Source: Candidatus Portnoybacteria bacterium RIFCSPLOWO2_01_FULL_43_11 (lineage in GTDB: Bacteria > Patescibacteriota > Minisyncoccia > Portnoybacterales > UBA2143). Taken from it: a DNA stretch of 64,000 nt. A program made the translations under genes and the position numbers. Location: positions 13,054 through 77,053 of the forward strand of contig MHNE01000008.1 of assembly GCA_001819605.1 (NCBI GenBank), written 5' to 3'. This document shows, piece by piece, positions 8,475 through 17,511 of the stretch. The notes below the pieces were generated by a model. That model had not been told where the DNA came from, made no database searches, and saw only the letters and a list, made by a program, of their open reading frames with translations. Positions within the stretch are counted from its first letter, which is position 1, and every line of letters begins with the position of its first letter.

Positions 8475-8502
8475 ATTATATCCATTCAAAAAACTATGTC
8501 AA
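8475..8502 (-). promoter_or_regulatory. consensus sigma70 promoter
   Basis: TTGACA-16 nt-TATAAT on the minus strand. Confidence 0.75.
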
Positions 8503-8536
8503 GACCCTCCTCTTTTATTTGAATAAAATTATAAAT

Positions 8537-8562
8537 AAAAAAAGAGGAGCATTAACTGCTCC
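8537..8562 (-). terminator. intrinsic terminator
   Basis: GGAGCA-GTTAA-TGCTCC followed by TCTTTTTTT on the minus strand. Confidence 0.55.
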
Positions 8563-8598
8563 ATAAATAATTGGAATCACAGAGGAAAGAAAAAATTT

Positions 8599-9510
8599 AT
8601 GTCAAGTGGAAAACCATTTTTAATTGTTATCTTAGGACCAACCGCTTCCGGTAAATCAGCTCTGGCCATTAAATTAGCTGGCCGATTTAATGGTGAAATT
8701 ATTTCTGCGGACTCAAGACAAATTTATAAAGAAATGGATATTGGAACCGCTAAATCATTAGGGTCCGACCCTCGCGAGGGTCAGACCCTAAACTTAATTG
8801 ATATAGTCAGGCCTGATCAAGAATTTACTCTGGCTCAATATAAAAAATTAGCTATTAAAACTATCAATGATATTCACAAGCGAGGTAAATTGCCTTTTTT
8901 GGTCGGCGGCACCGGGTTATACATCTGGGCTGTTGTTGACAATCTAAAAATCCCTAAAGTTAAACCCCAGCCGGAATTAAGGGAAAAAATAGAAAAAGAA
9001 ATAAAACAAAAAGGACTAAAAAAAGTATATCAAAAACTCTTAAAATTAGACCCGGGAGCAAAACATTTTATAGAGCCGGATAATCCGCGAAGAATCATCA
9101 GAGCATTAGAGGTTTGTCTTATTACAAAAAAGCCGTTTTCCAAACAAAGAAAAAAAGGCCGAGCTCTTTTTAATGTATTGCAAATCGGCCTTAAGCCGGC
9201 CAAAAATATTTTTGATAAAAAAATAGACCGGCGAGTGGATAAAATGATCCATGCCGGTCTTATAGACGAAGTAAAAAATTTAGCCAAAAAATATAGTTTT
9301 AATCTGCCTTCAATGAGCGGCATTGGCTATCAAGAAATCGGCCGGTATTTAAGAAATGAAATTGACTTAGAAAAAGCAAAAGAACTAATAAGGCTTCATA
9401 CCCGTCAATACGCCAAGCGCCAGATAAGCTGGTTTAAGCGCGACAAAAGAATCCACTGGATAAAGAATTATCAAGAAGCGGAAAAAATAATAAAAGAATT
9501 TTTAGGATAA
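8599..9510 (+). CDS. miaA: tRNA dimethylallyltransferase
   Basis: GPTASGKS, SADSRQIY, VGGTGLY, TRQYAKRQ. Confidence 0.95.
   Translation: MSSGKPFLIVILGPTASGKSALAIKLAGRFNGEIISADSRQIYKEMDIGTAKSLGSDPREGQTLNLIDIVRPDQEFTLAQYKKLAIKTINDIHKRGKLPFLVGGTGLYIWAVVDNLKIPKVKPQPELREKIEKEIKQKGLKKVYQKLLKLDPGAKHFIEPDNPRRIIRALEVCLITKKPFSKQRKKGRALFNVLQIGLKPAKNIFDKKIDRRVDKMIHAGLIDEVKNLAKKYSFNLPSMSGIGYQEIGRYLRNEIDLEKAKELIRLHTRQYAKRQISWFKRDKRIHWIKNYQEAEKIIKEFLG
8758..8791. repeat. double palindrome in frame within miaA
   Basis: TTAGGGTCCGACCCTCGCGAGGGTCAGACCCTAA. Confidence 0.8.
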
Positions 9511-10959
9511 AAAATCTTTTAAAATTTTACTCACAATTTGCGGATTAGCCTTGCCTTTACTTTCCCGCATTACTTGGCCGACCAAGAATTGTAAAGCGTT
9601 TTCTTTGCCCGCTCTATAATCTTTTACTGATTGTTCATTGTTTTTTATAACTTGTTCAACTATTTTTGTCAATTCATCCTCACTGCTCACCTGTTTAAGC
9701 CCTTTATCTTCAATAATATGAGTCGGGTCAGCGCCGGTTAAAAACATTTCTTTTAAAACAAGCTGGCCAGCGGAGCTGGAGATCTCTCCTTTTTCAATCA
9801 AAACAATAAATTCAGAAAAATTCTCGGCTGTAATTTTTTCCGGCAAACTATAATCAATAATTTTTAAAACGTCGGCAATCCGGGGAATTTCAGTTAATAA
9901 ATAATTAGCGGTTAATTTATATAATTTTTGAAGAGAAAGTTTTTCCTTAGCTTCCTCTGTCTGATTAAATTCAGAGCAAACCCCCTCAAAATAATCGGCT
10001 GATTTTTTTTGATTAACTAAAATCTCAATGTCTTTTTCCGGCAGTTGATATTCCTTTTTAAATCTTTCCCGGCGAGCTTGCGGCAACTCCAAAATAAGAT
10101 TTAAGATTTTAGATTTAAGATTAAAGATTTTGAGCGGCGGCAAGTCCGGCTCCGGAAAATAACGGTAATCTTCCGCTTCTTCTTTAGTTCTTTGAGAAAA
10201 AGTTTTTTGCTTATTATCGTCCCAGCCGCGGGTTTCCTGAATTATTTTCTCGCCGGATTCCAATAAATCCGCTTGTCTTTTGATTTCGTATTCTATGGCC
10301 CGCTCCACTGACCTAAATGAATTAAGGTTTTTAACTTCTACTTTCGTGCCGAGTTTTTTACCCGAGTCCTTAAGCGATATATTCGCTTCCACTCGCATCT
10401 GCCCCTTTTCCATATCAGCGTCAGAAACCCCTAAATATCGTAAAATCAACTGAAGTTCTTGGCTAAATTGCCGCGCTTCTTGAGCCGTTGTAATATCCGG
10501 TTCCGTTACCAATTCCATTAAAGGCACGCCGGCCCGATTAAAATCAACCAAGGAATAATCAGCGCCTTTTGAGTGGATTAATTTTCCGGTGTCTTCTTCT
10601 AAATGAATCCGCGTAATCTTGATTTTTCGGCCGTTTATTTCTAAAAAACCATTCACTGATAATGGCTTATCGTATTGAGAAATTTGATAGCCCTTGGGCA
10701 AATCCGGATAAAAATAATTTTTGCGGTCAAACTTGGAGAATTCCGGAATTTCGCAATTTAGAGCCAAAGCGGTTTTTAAAACATATTCAACTGCTTTTTG
10801 GTTAATAACGGGCAAACTTCCGGGCTGACCAGTACAAATCGGGCAAATATAAATATTCGGCTCTTGAGCCGTTGGGTTATTCGGGCAATCGCAAAACATT
10901 TTGCTCTCTGTTTTTAATTCCGCGTGAATCTCAAGACCGATAGTTGGCTGATATTTCAT
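9502..10959 (-). CDS. gatB: Asp/Glu-tRNA amidotransferase subunit B
   Basis: IGLEIHAEL, FDRKNYFYPDLPKGYQISQ, YRYFPEPDL; start moved to MKYQPT. Confidence 0.97.
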   Translation of the reverse strand: MKYQPTIGLEIHAELKTESKMFCDCPNNPTAQEPNIYICPICTGQPGSLPVINQKAVEYVLKTALALNCEIPEFSKFDRKNYFYPDLPKGYQISQYDKPLSVNGFLEINGRKIKITRIHLEEDTGKLIHSKGADYSLVDFNRAGVPLMELVTEPDITTAQEARQFSQELQLILRYLGVSDADMEKGQMRVEANISLKDSGKKLGTKVEVKNLNSFRSVERAIEYEIKRQADLLESGEKIIQETRGWDDNKQKTFSQRTKEEAEDYRYFPEPDLPPLKIFNLKSKILNLILELPQARRERFKKEYQLPEKDIEILVNQKKSADYFEGVCSEFNQTEEAKEKLSLQKLYKLTANYLLTEIPRIADVLKIIDYSLPEKITAENFSEFIVLIEKGEISSSAGQLVLKEMFLTGADPTHIIEDKGLKQVSSEDELTKIVEQVIKNNEQSVKDYRAGKENALQFLVGQVMRESKGKANPQIVSKILKDFLS

Positions 10960-11033
10960 AATTTTTTTCTTAATACAAAAAAGGCTTTCTAAGTTCAAGT
11001 TTATTTTAAACCAGAAAGCCCTTTGGGTCAATT

Positions 11034-11930
11034 TTAGCTCCGTTGACTAGCCAAAAAGACATTTTTCAAAAGCAAGGCTACTGTCAACGGCCCCACTCCG
11101 CCGGGCACTGGCGAAAGCCAACCGGCTTTTTCTCCTACGCTTTCTTTATCAATATTGCCGATGGCTTTTTTGTCTTTTTTAATAAACCCGGCGTCAATCA
11201 AGACAACTTCCTTTTTAATCATTGAGCCCTTAATAAAATTTGGCTTATTCAAAACCGTAATTAAAACATCTGCCTTTTTAACAATATCTTTTATGTCCTT
11301 TTTGTCAAATAAATTATATTCAATCTTTAAGCTGTTTATCTTAAAAAAATCTTTCAATACCCGGCCAAAGACATTTGAATTAACCAAAGCCAATATTTTT
11401 TTATTTTTAAAATTTTTGCCTGATTTTTTAAGAGCGGTTAAAATCGCCGAGGGTAAAACCGGAAAAAAATAAGGTGTCCCCTTTTTTAATAATTTTCTGT
11501 TTAATTTATGAAAACCGTCAATGTCTTTTTTGGGACTGATTGACTGAATAATTTTTTCCGTTTTTAAACCAGTCGGCAGAGGCAATTGAACAATAATGCC
11601 ATCAACTGATTTGTCTTGGTTAAAGTCTTTTATCCTCTGGATAATTTTTAATTCTTTGGCGTTTTTTTGAAATCTTTCCTCAATAACTTCGAGGCCGATT
11701 TTTTCCGCCGCTTCTTTTTTCAATTTAACATAAAGCTCTGAAGCGGGATTTTTACCGACCATGACTATCGCCAATCTAAGTTTCTTTTTATTTTTTTTTA
11801 CCCCGCACTTTTCAAGAGCTATTTTTCTTGATGCCGTAGGCATCGAATACTTGAAAGGTGCGGGGCTTATTTTATTTTTTAAGTCCAGTAAAATTTTCTC
11901 CGCCTCTTTTTTACCATTGAAAATCTTCAT
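11034..11930 (-). CDS. folD: methylene-THF dehydrogenase/cyclohydrolase
   Basis: GIIVQLPLP, KDIDGFH, PVPGGVGPLTVA. Confidence 0.92.
   Translation of the reverse strand: MKIFNGKKEAEKILLDLKNKISPAPFKYSMPTASRKIALEKCGVKKNKKKLRLAIVMVGKNPASELYVKLKKEAAEKIGLEVIEERFQKNAKELKIIQRIKDFNQDKSVDGIIVQLPLPTGLKTEKIIQSISPKKDIDGFHKLNRKLLKKGTPYFFPVLPSAILTALKKSGKNFKNKKILALVNSNVFGRVLKDFFKINSLKIEYNLFDKKDIKDIVKKADVLITVLNKPNFIKGSMIKKEVVLIDAGFIKKDKKAIGNIDKESVGEKAGWLSPVPGGVGPLTVALLLKNVFLASQRS
11800..11865. repeat. palindromic element in frame within folD
   Basis: CCCCGCACTTTTCAAG...CTTGAAAGGTGCGGGG with inner GATGCC-GTA-GGCATC. Confidence 0.8.
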
Positions 11931-13182
11931 ATATGGGAAATCTTTTAACTATTTTTCTAACCTCTGATTTAATTTGTTTTTTGATTTTTTGGCTGTTAAT
12001 GTTTTTTATCAATTCCGACATTAAACGGGCAACCTGTCTCGCCTCCTTTTCTTTAAGTCCTCGCGTGGTTATGGCCGGCGACCCTATTCTAACGCCTGAA
12101 GGATTATAAGGCGGCCGAGTATCAAAGGGAATGGCGTTTCTGTTAATATAAAGACCAACTTTACCTAATTCGTCTTGAATTATTTTAGAATCTCCAAAAG
12201 AAGAGACGTCAATAACCATCAAATGATTATCAGTGCCGTTGCTAATTACTTTTAGACCCTGCTTTAAAAATTCGTCAGCCATAATTTTACCGTTTAAAAT
12301 AACTTGTTTCTGATATTTTTTAAAGGAAGGATTCATCGCTTCTTTTAAACAAACCGCTTTGGCGGCAATCACATGCTCTAAGGGCCCGCCTTGAATGCCG
12401 GGAAATACGCCTGAATCAATTTTTTGCGCTAAAGTTTTCTCTTTTGGATTCAGTCGGTCTTTTATTTTTGACAAAATCAAGCCGCCGCGGGGGCCGCGCA
12501 AAGTTTTATGAGTGGTCGTTGTCACCACATCGCAATAAGGAAATGGCTGGGGATGAAGCCCGGCAATAACCAAGCCGGCAATATGAGCAATGTCAGCCAT
12601 TAGATACGCCTTGACTTCGTCGGCAATCTCGCGGAATTTCTTAAAATCAAGCTTCCTTGAATAAGAAGTAGTGCTGGCTAAAATTAATTTTGGCCGAAAT
12701 TTCAAGGCCGCTCTTCTTACTTCTTTAAAATCAATCAATTCAGTTTTCCTATTAACGCCGTAGTAGGAAAAATTATAAATTTTTCCGGAAAAATTAACCT
12801 TTGAACCATGAGTTAAATGTCCGCCGCAAGAAAGGTCAAAGCCCAAAATTTTTTCACCGGAGCCAACCAAAGCCAGATAAACAGCCGCGTTGGCTTGAGC
12901 GCCGGAATGGGGCTGAAGATTGGCGTGCTCCGCTTTAAAGAGTCTCTTCGCCCGCTCAATGCCTATGCTTTCAATTTTATCAATAAATTTATTGCCGCTG
13001 TAATATCTTTTTCCCGGGTAGCCCTCGGAATATTTATTGCTTAAAGGAGTAGCCATGGCCGAAAGAACGGCCGGGCTCGCGTAATTTTCCGAAGCAATCA
13101 AAACCAAGCCGTCTTTTTGACGCTCAATTTCTTTTTTGATTAAATTATAAATTTGCGGGTCGGTTTTTTTGAGATTTTTCAT
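11911..13182 (-). CDS. glyA: serine hydroxymethyltransferase
   Basis: LIASEN, YSEGYPGKRYY, TTTHKTLRGPRGG; start moved to MKNLKK. Confidence 0.97.
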   Translation of the reverse strand: MKNLKKTDPQIYNLIKKEIERQKDGLVLIASENYASPAVLSAMATPLSNKYSEGYPGKRYYSGNKFIDKIESIGIERAKRLFKAEHANLQPHSGAQANAAVYLALVGSGEKILGFDLSCGGHLTHGSKVNFSGKIYNFSYYGVNRKTELIDFKEVRRAALKFRPKLILASTTSYSRKLDFKKFREIADEVKAYLMADIAHIAGLVIAGLHPQPFPYCDVVTTTTHKTLRGPRGGLILSKIKDRLNPKEKTLAQKIDSGVFPGIQGGPLEHVIAAKAVCLKEAMNPSFKKYQKQVILNGKIMADEFLKQGLKVISNGTDNHLMVIDVSSFGDSKIIQDELGKVGLYINRNAIPFDTRPPYNPSGVRIGSPAITTRGLKEKEARQVARLMSELIKNINSQKIKKQIKSEVRKIVKRFPIYEDFQW

Positions 13183-13187
13183 AAAAA

Positions 13188-13727
13188 CTAAACTTGCTTT
13201 TCTTTTTTCTTGGCCGTCACCCTTCCTCCCTGCCATTGGCCGCGGTATAAGTTGGTCTTGCCTTTAACCTGAAAAAACATCGCGTGCGCTACCCTTGCTC
13301 CCAATTCTATTTTTACTTCGCATGGACCTAAATTAGCAATGGCAAAAGTTAATTCGCCGCAATACCCGGGAGAACAAGTGGCGGTAAAAAGCATTAAGCC
13401 GGAGCGAAAAAGAGTAGTTCGCGGCGTAAAAAGAATTAAAATATCTTGTGGGGTATTAACTTTCTCAATTGTTTTCATTAAATAATAAGAGCCGGGCTTA
13501 AAAATAAAACTGGTTTTTTTCTTTTCGTTAAATTTGGCCGCTAATTTCGCTTCCGGCGTTTTTCTGTCGTCAATCCCCAAAAAACTTTTTCCCTTAATTT
13601 TATAAACTTCTCCCAGCCGCAAATCAAAACCAGCGCCTTCCGGATTGGTTAATTCGCGCTCGGAAAGATTTTCCACTAATTTCTTTTCTTTAACTAATTT
13701 TAATAATTGATCCACCCCTAAAATCAT
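13188..13727 (-). CDS. trimeric dUTPase/dCTP deaminase family protein
   Basis: GAGFDLRL, PRTTLFRSG, PGYCGEL, YRGQWQ. Confidence 0.8.
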   Translation of the reverse strand: MILGVDQLLKLVKEKKLVENLSERELTNPEGAGFDLRLGEVYKIKGKSFLGIDDRKTPEAKLAAKFNEKKKTSFIFKPGSYYLMKTIEKVNTPQDILILFTPRTTLFRSGLMLFTATCSPGYCGELTFAIANLGPCEVKIELGARVAHAMFFQVKGKTNLYRGQWQGGRVTAKKKEKQV

Positions 13728-13728
13728 T

Positions 13729-14217
13729 TTATAGTTTCTTCTCTAAAGTGACAAAGGCATATTTATAAGGATTTTCTTTATCGGGTTGATTTTCAATTCT
13801 CTCCGTCTCTTTCCAGTCATCCCAATCAAATTCTGGAAAATAAGCATCACCGCTAAAATCATGATGTATCAAGGTCAAATACATTCTATTAGCCAGAGGT
13901 AAAAACTGTTCATATATTGAAGCGCCGCCGACAATCATTACCTCCTCATTTCCTTTTACTTTATCCATTACCTCTTTTATGGAATGGGCAATAATACATC
14001 CTTGTTGACGAAAATTAATGTCCTTGGTTAAAATAATATTAGTCCGACCGGCCAAGGGCTTTCCGATAGATTCAAAAGTCCTCTGCCCCATTATTATTGG
14101 TTTCCCAATTGTCAATTCGCGAAAATGCTTCATGTCCGCTGGTAATTTCCAAGGCAAAAAGTTTTTTGTCCCGATAACGCGATTATTGCCTATGGCAACA
14201 ATAATTGAAATAATCAT
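13729..14217 (-). CDS. folA: dihydrofolate reductase
   Basis: LPWKLPAD, IMGQRTFESI, VGGASIY, GDAYFP. Confidence 0.95.
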   Translation of the reverse strand: MIISIIVAIGNNRVIGTKNFLPWKLPADMKHFRELTIGKPIIMGQRTFESIGKPLAGRTNIILTKDINFRQQGCIIAHSIKEVMDKVKGNEEVMIVGGASIYEQFLPLANRMYLTLIHHDFSGDAYFPEFDWDDWKETERIENQPDKENPYKYAFVTLEKKL

Positions 14218-14307
14218 AAATATTGTCTTTTTTATCTATTATTGATATTATAATATAAAATGATATTTTACAATATTTTTAAGTATTAAATAGAATCACT
14301 ACATCAT

Positions 14308-14850
14308 ATGAAAGTACAAAAAAATTCCGTTATTTTGGATTATCAGGAACTAAAAAGAAATATTGACGCTCATAAAATTTTGGGCCATAGGATTATCTGC
14401 ACCGTAGGATCTTGGGATATGCTTCATATAGGTCATTTGCGATATCTAATAGAAGCAAAGAAACGCGGGGATGTGCTTATAGTGGGGGTTGATAGCGACC
14501 GGGGAATTAAGTTATATAAAAAAAACGAACTTAGACCCATTATTCCTCAAGAAGAAAGAATGGAAATGCTCAAATATCAAGAATGCGTTGACTATATTAC
14601 TCTGATTGACGACATTGACGATGACGGAAAATGGCAATACGAACTGATAAAAATAATTAAGCCCCATATTTTTGTTACTATTCCTGAAAGTTATCCCGAA
14701 GAACAAATTCAAGATATTAAGTTACATTCTGACGAAGTTTTAATTCTGCCCCGGCAAGCTGAAAATACTTCCACTACGGAAATTATAGAAAGAATGATAA
14801 AAAAACATGTTGAGGCGCTACTCTCCAATATAACCAAAAAAGGACAATGA
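14308..14850 (+). CDS. cytidylyltransferase-like (HIGH) nucleotidyltransferase
   Basis: GSWDMLHIGH, LIVGVDSD, RPII, STTEII. Confidence 0.85.
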   Translation: MKVQKNSVILDYQELKRNIDAHKILGHRIICTVGSWDMLHIGHLRYLIEAKKRGDVLIVGVDSDRGIKLYKKNELRPIIPQEERMEMLKYQECVDYITLIDDIDDDGKWQYELIKIIKPHIFVTIPESYPEEQIQDIKLHSDEVLILPRQAENTSTTEIIERMIKKHVEALLSNITKKGQ

Positions 14851-15287
14851 CGAGATTTGTTAATATAAAATACGCAAAGGGGAAAGAATATAAAAAAGTA
14901 ATAAAAAAAATAGCCTTAACAGGCAAATGTCCTTTTTGCAAAGAAAATTTTAAATACCACAAAGAGCCGATTCTTAGGAAAAATAACGGTTGGTTTCTAA
15001 CACACGATAGTTGGCCATACAAAAACAGCCAATATCATCTTATTATTATCGGAGAAAAACATAGAGAACAATTTAATGAATTAACAAAGAAAGATTTTGA
15101 AAGTGTGGCTAATTTAACACAATGGGCAATAAAAAAATACAATATTAAAGGAGGTGCTCTGGCTACGAGATTCGGCGACACAAATTTTACCGGCGCTTCT
15201 GTCGCTCATATCCATTTTCACATAATTTCTCCGAAGCAAGATAAAAAAAGAGAAGGTTCAAAAGTGGTGAACTTCCCCATAGGATAA
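14847..15287 (+). CDS. HIT-family nucleotide hydrolase
   Basis: CPFC, WPY, GASVAHIHFH; start overlaps the upstream stop (ATGA). Confidence 0.8.
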   Translation: MTRFVNIKYAKGKEYKKVIKKIALTGKCPFCKENFKYHKEPILRKNNGWFLTHDSWPYKNSQYHLIIIGEKHREQFNELTKKDFESVANLTQWAIKKYNIKGGALATRFGDTNFTGASVAHIHFHIISPKQDKKREGSKVVNFPIG

Positions 15288-15302
15288 TAAACTCTAATTT
15301 AA

Positions 15303-16124
15303 TTAAACGCCTACTTCAGCTTTAATCGGCGGATGAGGATCATATCCCTCTAATTTAAAATCTTCGTAATCAAAATCGAAGATGTTTTTTATTTCAGAAT
15401 TTAAAATCATCTTGGGCAAGGTTTTTGGTTCACGGGTTAACTGCAGTTTCGCCTGCTCTATGTGATTAAGATAAAGATGGGTATCGGATAAAGTATGGAT
15501 AAACTCATTGGCTTTTAATCCTGTCGCCTGCGCCATCATCATTAAAAGCAGTGAATAAGAAGCGATATTAAAAGGAACTCCCAAAAACACATCGGCGCTC
15601 CGCTGAAAAAGATGTAAAGATAATTTTCCTTGCGCGACGAAAAATTTAAAAAAACAATGACAAGGGGCGACAAAGACTTTGTCAACATCTTCCGGATCCC
15701 ATGAAGTGACTACTAAACGTCGGGAGTCTGGAAACTTTTTTATTTCTTCAATCGCTTCGCTTATTTGATCAATTATTCCGCCATCTCTCTTTTTCCACCG
15801 GCGCCACTTTTCTCCGTAAATCGGACCCAATTCTCCGGGCGGGTTCCCGTATTTAGCGCATGCCTCCGGAGTTGCCCATTCGTCCCAAATACTTACCCCA
15901 TGGTCCTTTAAATATTTAACATTAGTATCGCCTTTTAAAAACCAAAGCAATTCATAAATAATTGCTTTTAAATATACTTTCTTGGTAGTCAACAAAGGAA
16001 AACCATTGTCCATCTTAAATCGCATCTGATAACCGCAAACAGCAATATTCCCCACTCCTTGAGGATCTCCTTTTCTCTCTCCGTTTTCTAAAACATGTTT
16101 TAATAAATCTAAATACTGCTTCAT
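15303..16124 (-). CDS. thyA: thymidylate synthase
   Basis: [34 protein letters not shown]. Confidence 0.97.
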   Translation of the reverse strand: MKQYLDLLKHVLENGERKGDPQGVGNIAVCGYQMRFKMDNGFPLLTTKKVYLKAIIYELLWFLKGDTNVKYLKDHGVSIWDEWATPEACAKYGNPPGELGPIYGEKWRRWKKRDGGIIDQISEAIEEIKKFPDSRRLVVTSWDPEDVDKVFVAPCHCFFKFFVAQGKLSLHLFQRSADVFLGVPFNIASYSLLLMMMAQATGLKANEFIHTLSDTHLYLNHIEQAKLQLTREPKTLPKMILNSEIKNIFDFDYEDFKLEGYDPHPPIKAEVGV

Positions 16125-16130
16125 GCTTTA

Positions 16131-16159
16131 ATTTTATTATAAAAAACAAAGAGAGTCAA
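16131..16159 (-). promoter_or_regulatory. thyA promoter, likely leaderless transcript
   Basis: TTGACT-17 nt-TAAAAT, 6 nt before ATG. Confidence 0.6.
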
Positions 16160-16229
16160 TTACCTTCTCCCTCTCTAAATGTTAAACAACAAATGCGCTT
16201 ACAACCAGAAAAAATAAATCAACTTTAAT

Positions 16230-17072
16230 TTATTTTTTCTGGTTGTACAAAACACGCGTAATTTTAATTCCAACCGCTTCTAAAACTTTTCTTGCGTCAA
16301 AATTAGAGCCGCCTTCCGCGAAATAAATGTTTTTTATACCGGAAAGCGCAATAAGTTTAGCGCAAACAGGACAAGGAAAAGTAGTAACATAAAGCGATGT
16401 TCCTTTAAGTGAAATGCCTTTTTTAGCGGCCTGGGCAACAATATTTTCTTCAGCATGAATTGTACTTGCTAAATCATGCCTTTCTCCGGCTTTGAAAAAA
16501 TCGCGCACTTCGCCAACCTGATACGGCGTATGGTCGCTTGGTAAATCTTTATTATTTCCCCAAAGAATAATTTTTTTATTTTTAACCAATACTGCTCCGA
16601 TTTGTCGCCACCAATCGCTACTCCTTTCGGATTCTCTGTACGCCTCTTTCATTGTTTTAATATCAAAAGAATTTTTGGAAGATATGATATCTTTTAATGG
16701 TTTTTGAGTCAATACCAACTCTTTGTCCCATCGTAAAAAAACTGACTGCCATTCTATTTTTTTCCCCCTTAAATATTTCTGCGCTAAGTTGCGGGATATC
16801 TCGTCCTGAATAAGAATTATCTCTCTATCTCCCAGTTTTTTAAAATTATTTTTAGAAAGAACTAAAATATTCTTAAAACCAATTTTATCTAATAAATCTC
16901 TTACTGTATCAACATCTAATGAAGCGATGTCCGGCTTTATCTCTAAAAGTTCTTTTTGGAGCTTTTCGTCAATTATATATATATTGGAAATTTTATTTAA
17001 ATTCTTTTTAAAAAAATCTAAATAACCTTTATGTATTACAGAAATATGAAGAATAAGATTTTTTTTCTTCAT
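16230..17072 (-). CDS. dCMP deaminase with extra N-terminal domain
   Basis: HAE and PCPVC zinc motif in the C-terminal half; ~130-aa N-terminal extension. Confidence 0.8.
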   Translation of the reverse strand: MKKKNLILHISVIHKGYLDFFKKNLNKISNIYIIDEKLQKELLEIKPDIASLDVDTVRDLLDKIGFKNILVLSKNNFKKLGDREIILIQDEISRNLAQKYLRGKKIEWQSVFLRWDKELVLTQKPLKDIISSKNSFDIKTMKEAYRESERSSDWWRQIGAVLVKNKKIILWGNNKDLPSDHTPYQVGEVRDFFKAGERHDLASTIHAEENIVAQAAKKGISLKGTSLYVTTFPCPVCAKLIALSGIKNIYFAEGGSNFDARKVLEAVGIKITRVLYNQKK

Positions 17073-17084
17073 AAGAATAATATT

Positions 17085-17507
17085 TTACTCCACCACAATC
17101 CCCATACTCCTCGCCGTGCCTTCTATTATTCTTACTGCCTCTTCCACGGAATTTGCGTTTAAGTCTTCCATCTTTTTTTCAGCAATTTGCTTAACTTGTT
17201 CTTTACTGACTTTGCCTACTTTATTTTTATGGGGCTCTCCGGAACCTTTGTCAAGACCGGCCGCTTTTTTAAGAAGAAAGGAGGCCGGCGGAGTTTTTAA
17301 TTTAAAAGTATAGGTCCGGTCCTCGTAAACCGTAATTTCAACCGGAATAATATCGCCGGATTTATCTTTAGTCGCCTCGTTAAATCGGCTGCAAAATTCA
17401 GAAATATTTAAACCGTGCTGGCCCAAAGCCGGTCCGACCGGCGGCGCCGGGTTGGCCTGTCCGGCCGGAATCTGCAACTTTACGATTGTTTTAATGGGTT
17501 TTGCCAT
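17085..17507 (-). CDS. rplK: 50S ribosomal protein L11
   Basis: [22 protein letters not shown]. Confidence 0.98.
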   Translation of the reverse strand: MAKPIKTIVKLQIPAGQANPAPPVGPALGQHGLNISEFCSRFNEATKDKSGDIIPVEITVYEDRTYTFKLKTPPASFLLKKAAGLDKGSGEPHKNKVGKVSKEQVKQIAEKKMEDLNANSVEEAVRIIEGTARSMGIVVE

Positions 17508-17511
17508 AAGT

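Noticed and set aside
8232-8522. 96-aa plus-strand ORF between miaB and miaA
   Set aside because: No recognisable motifs and atypical composition. It overlaps strong hairpins and an opposite-strand promoter, so it is better explained as ncRNA.
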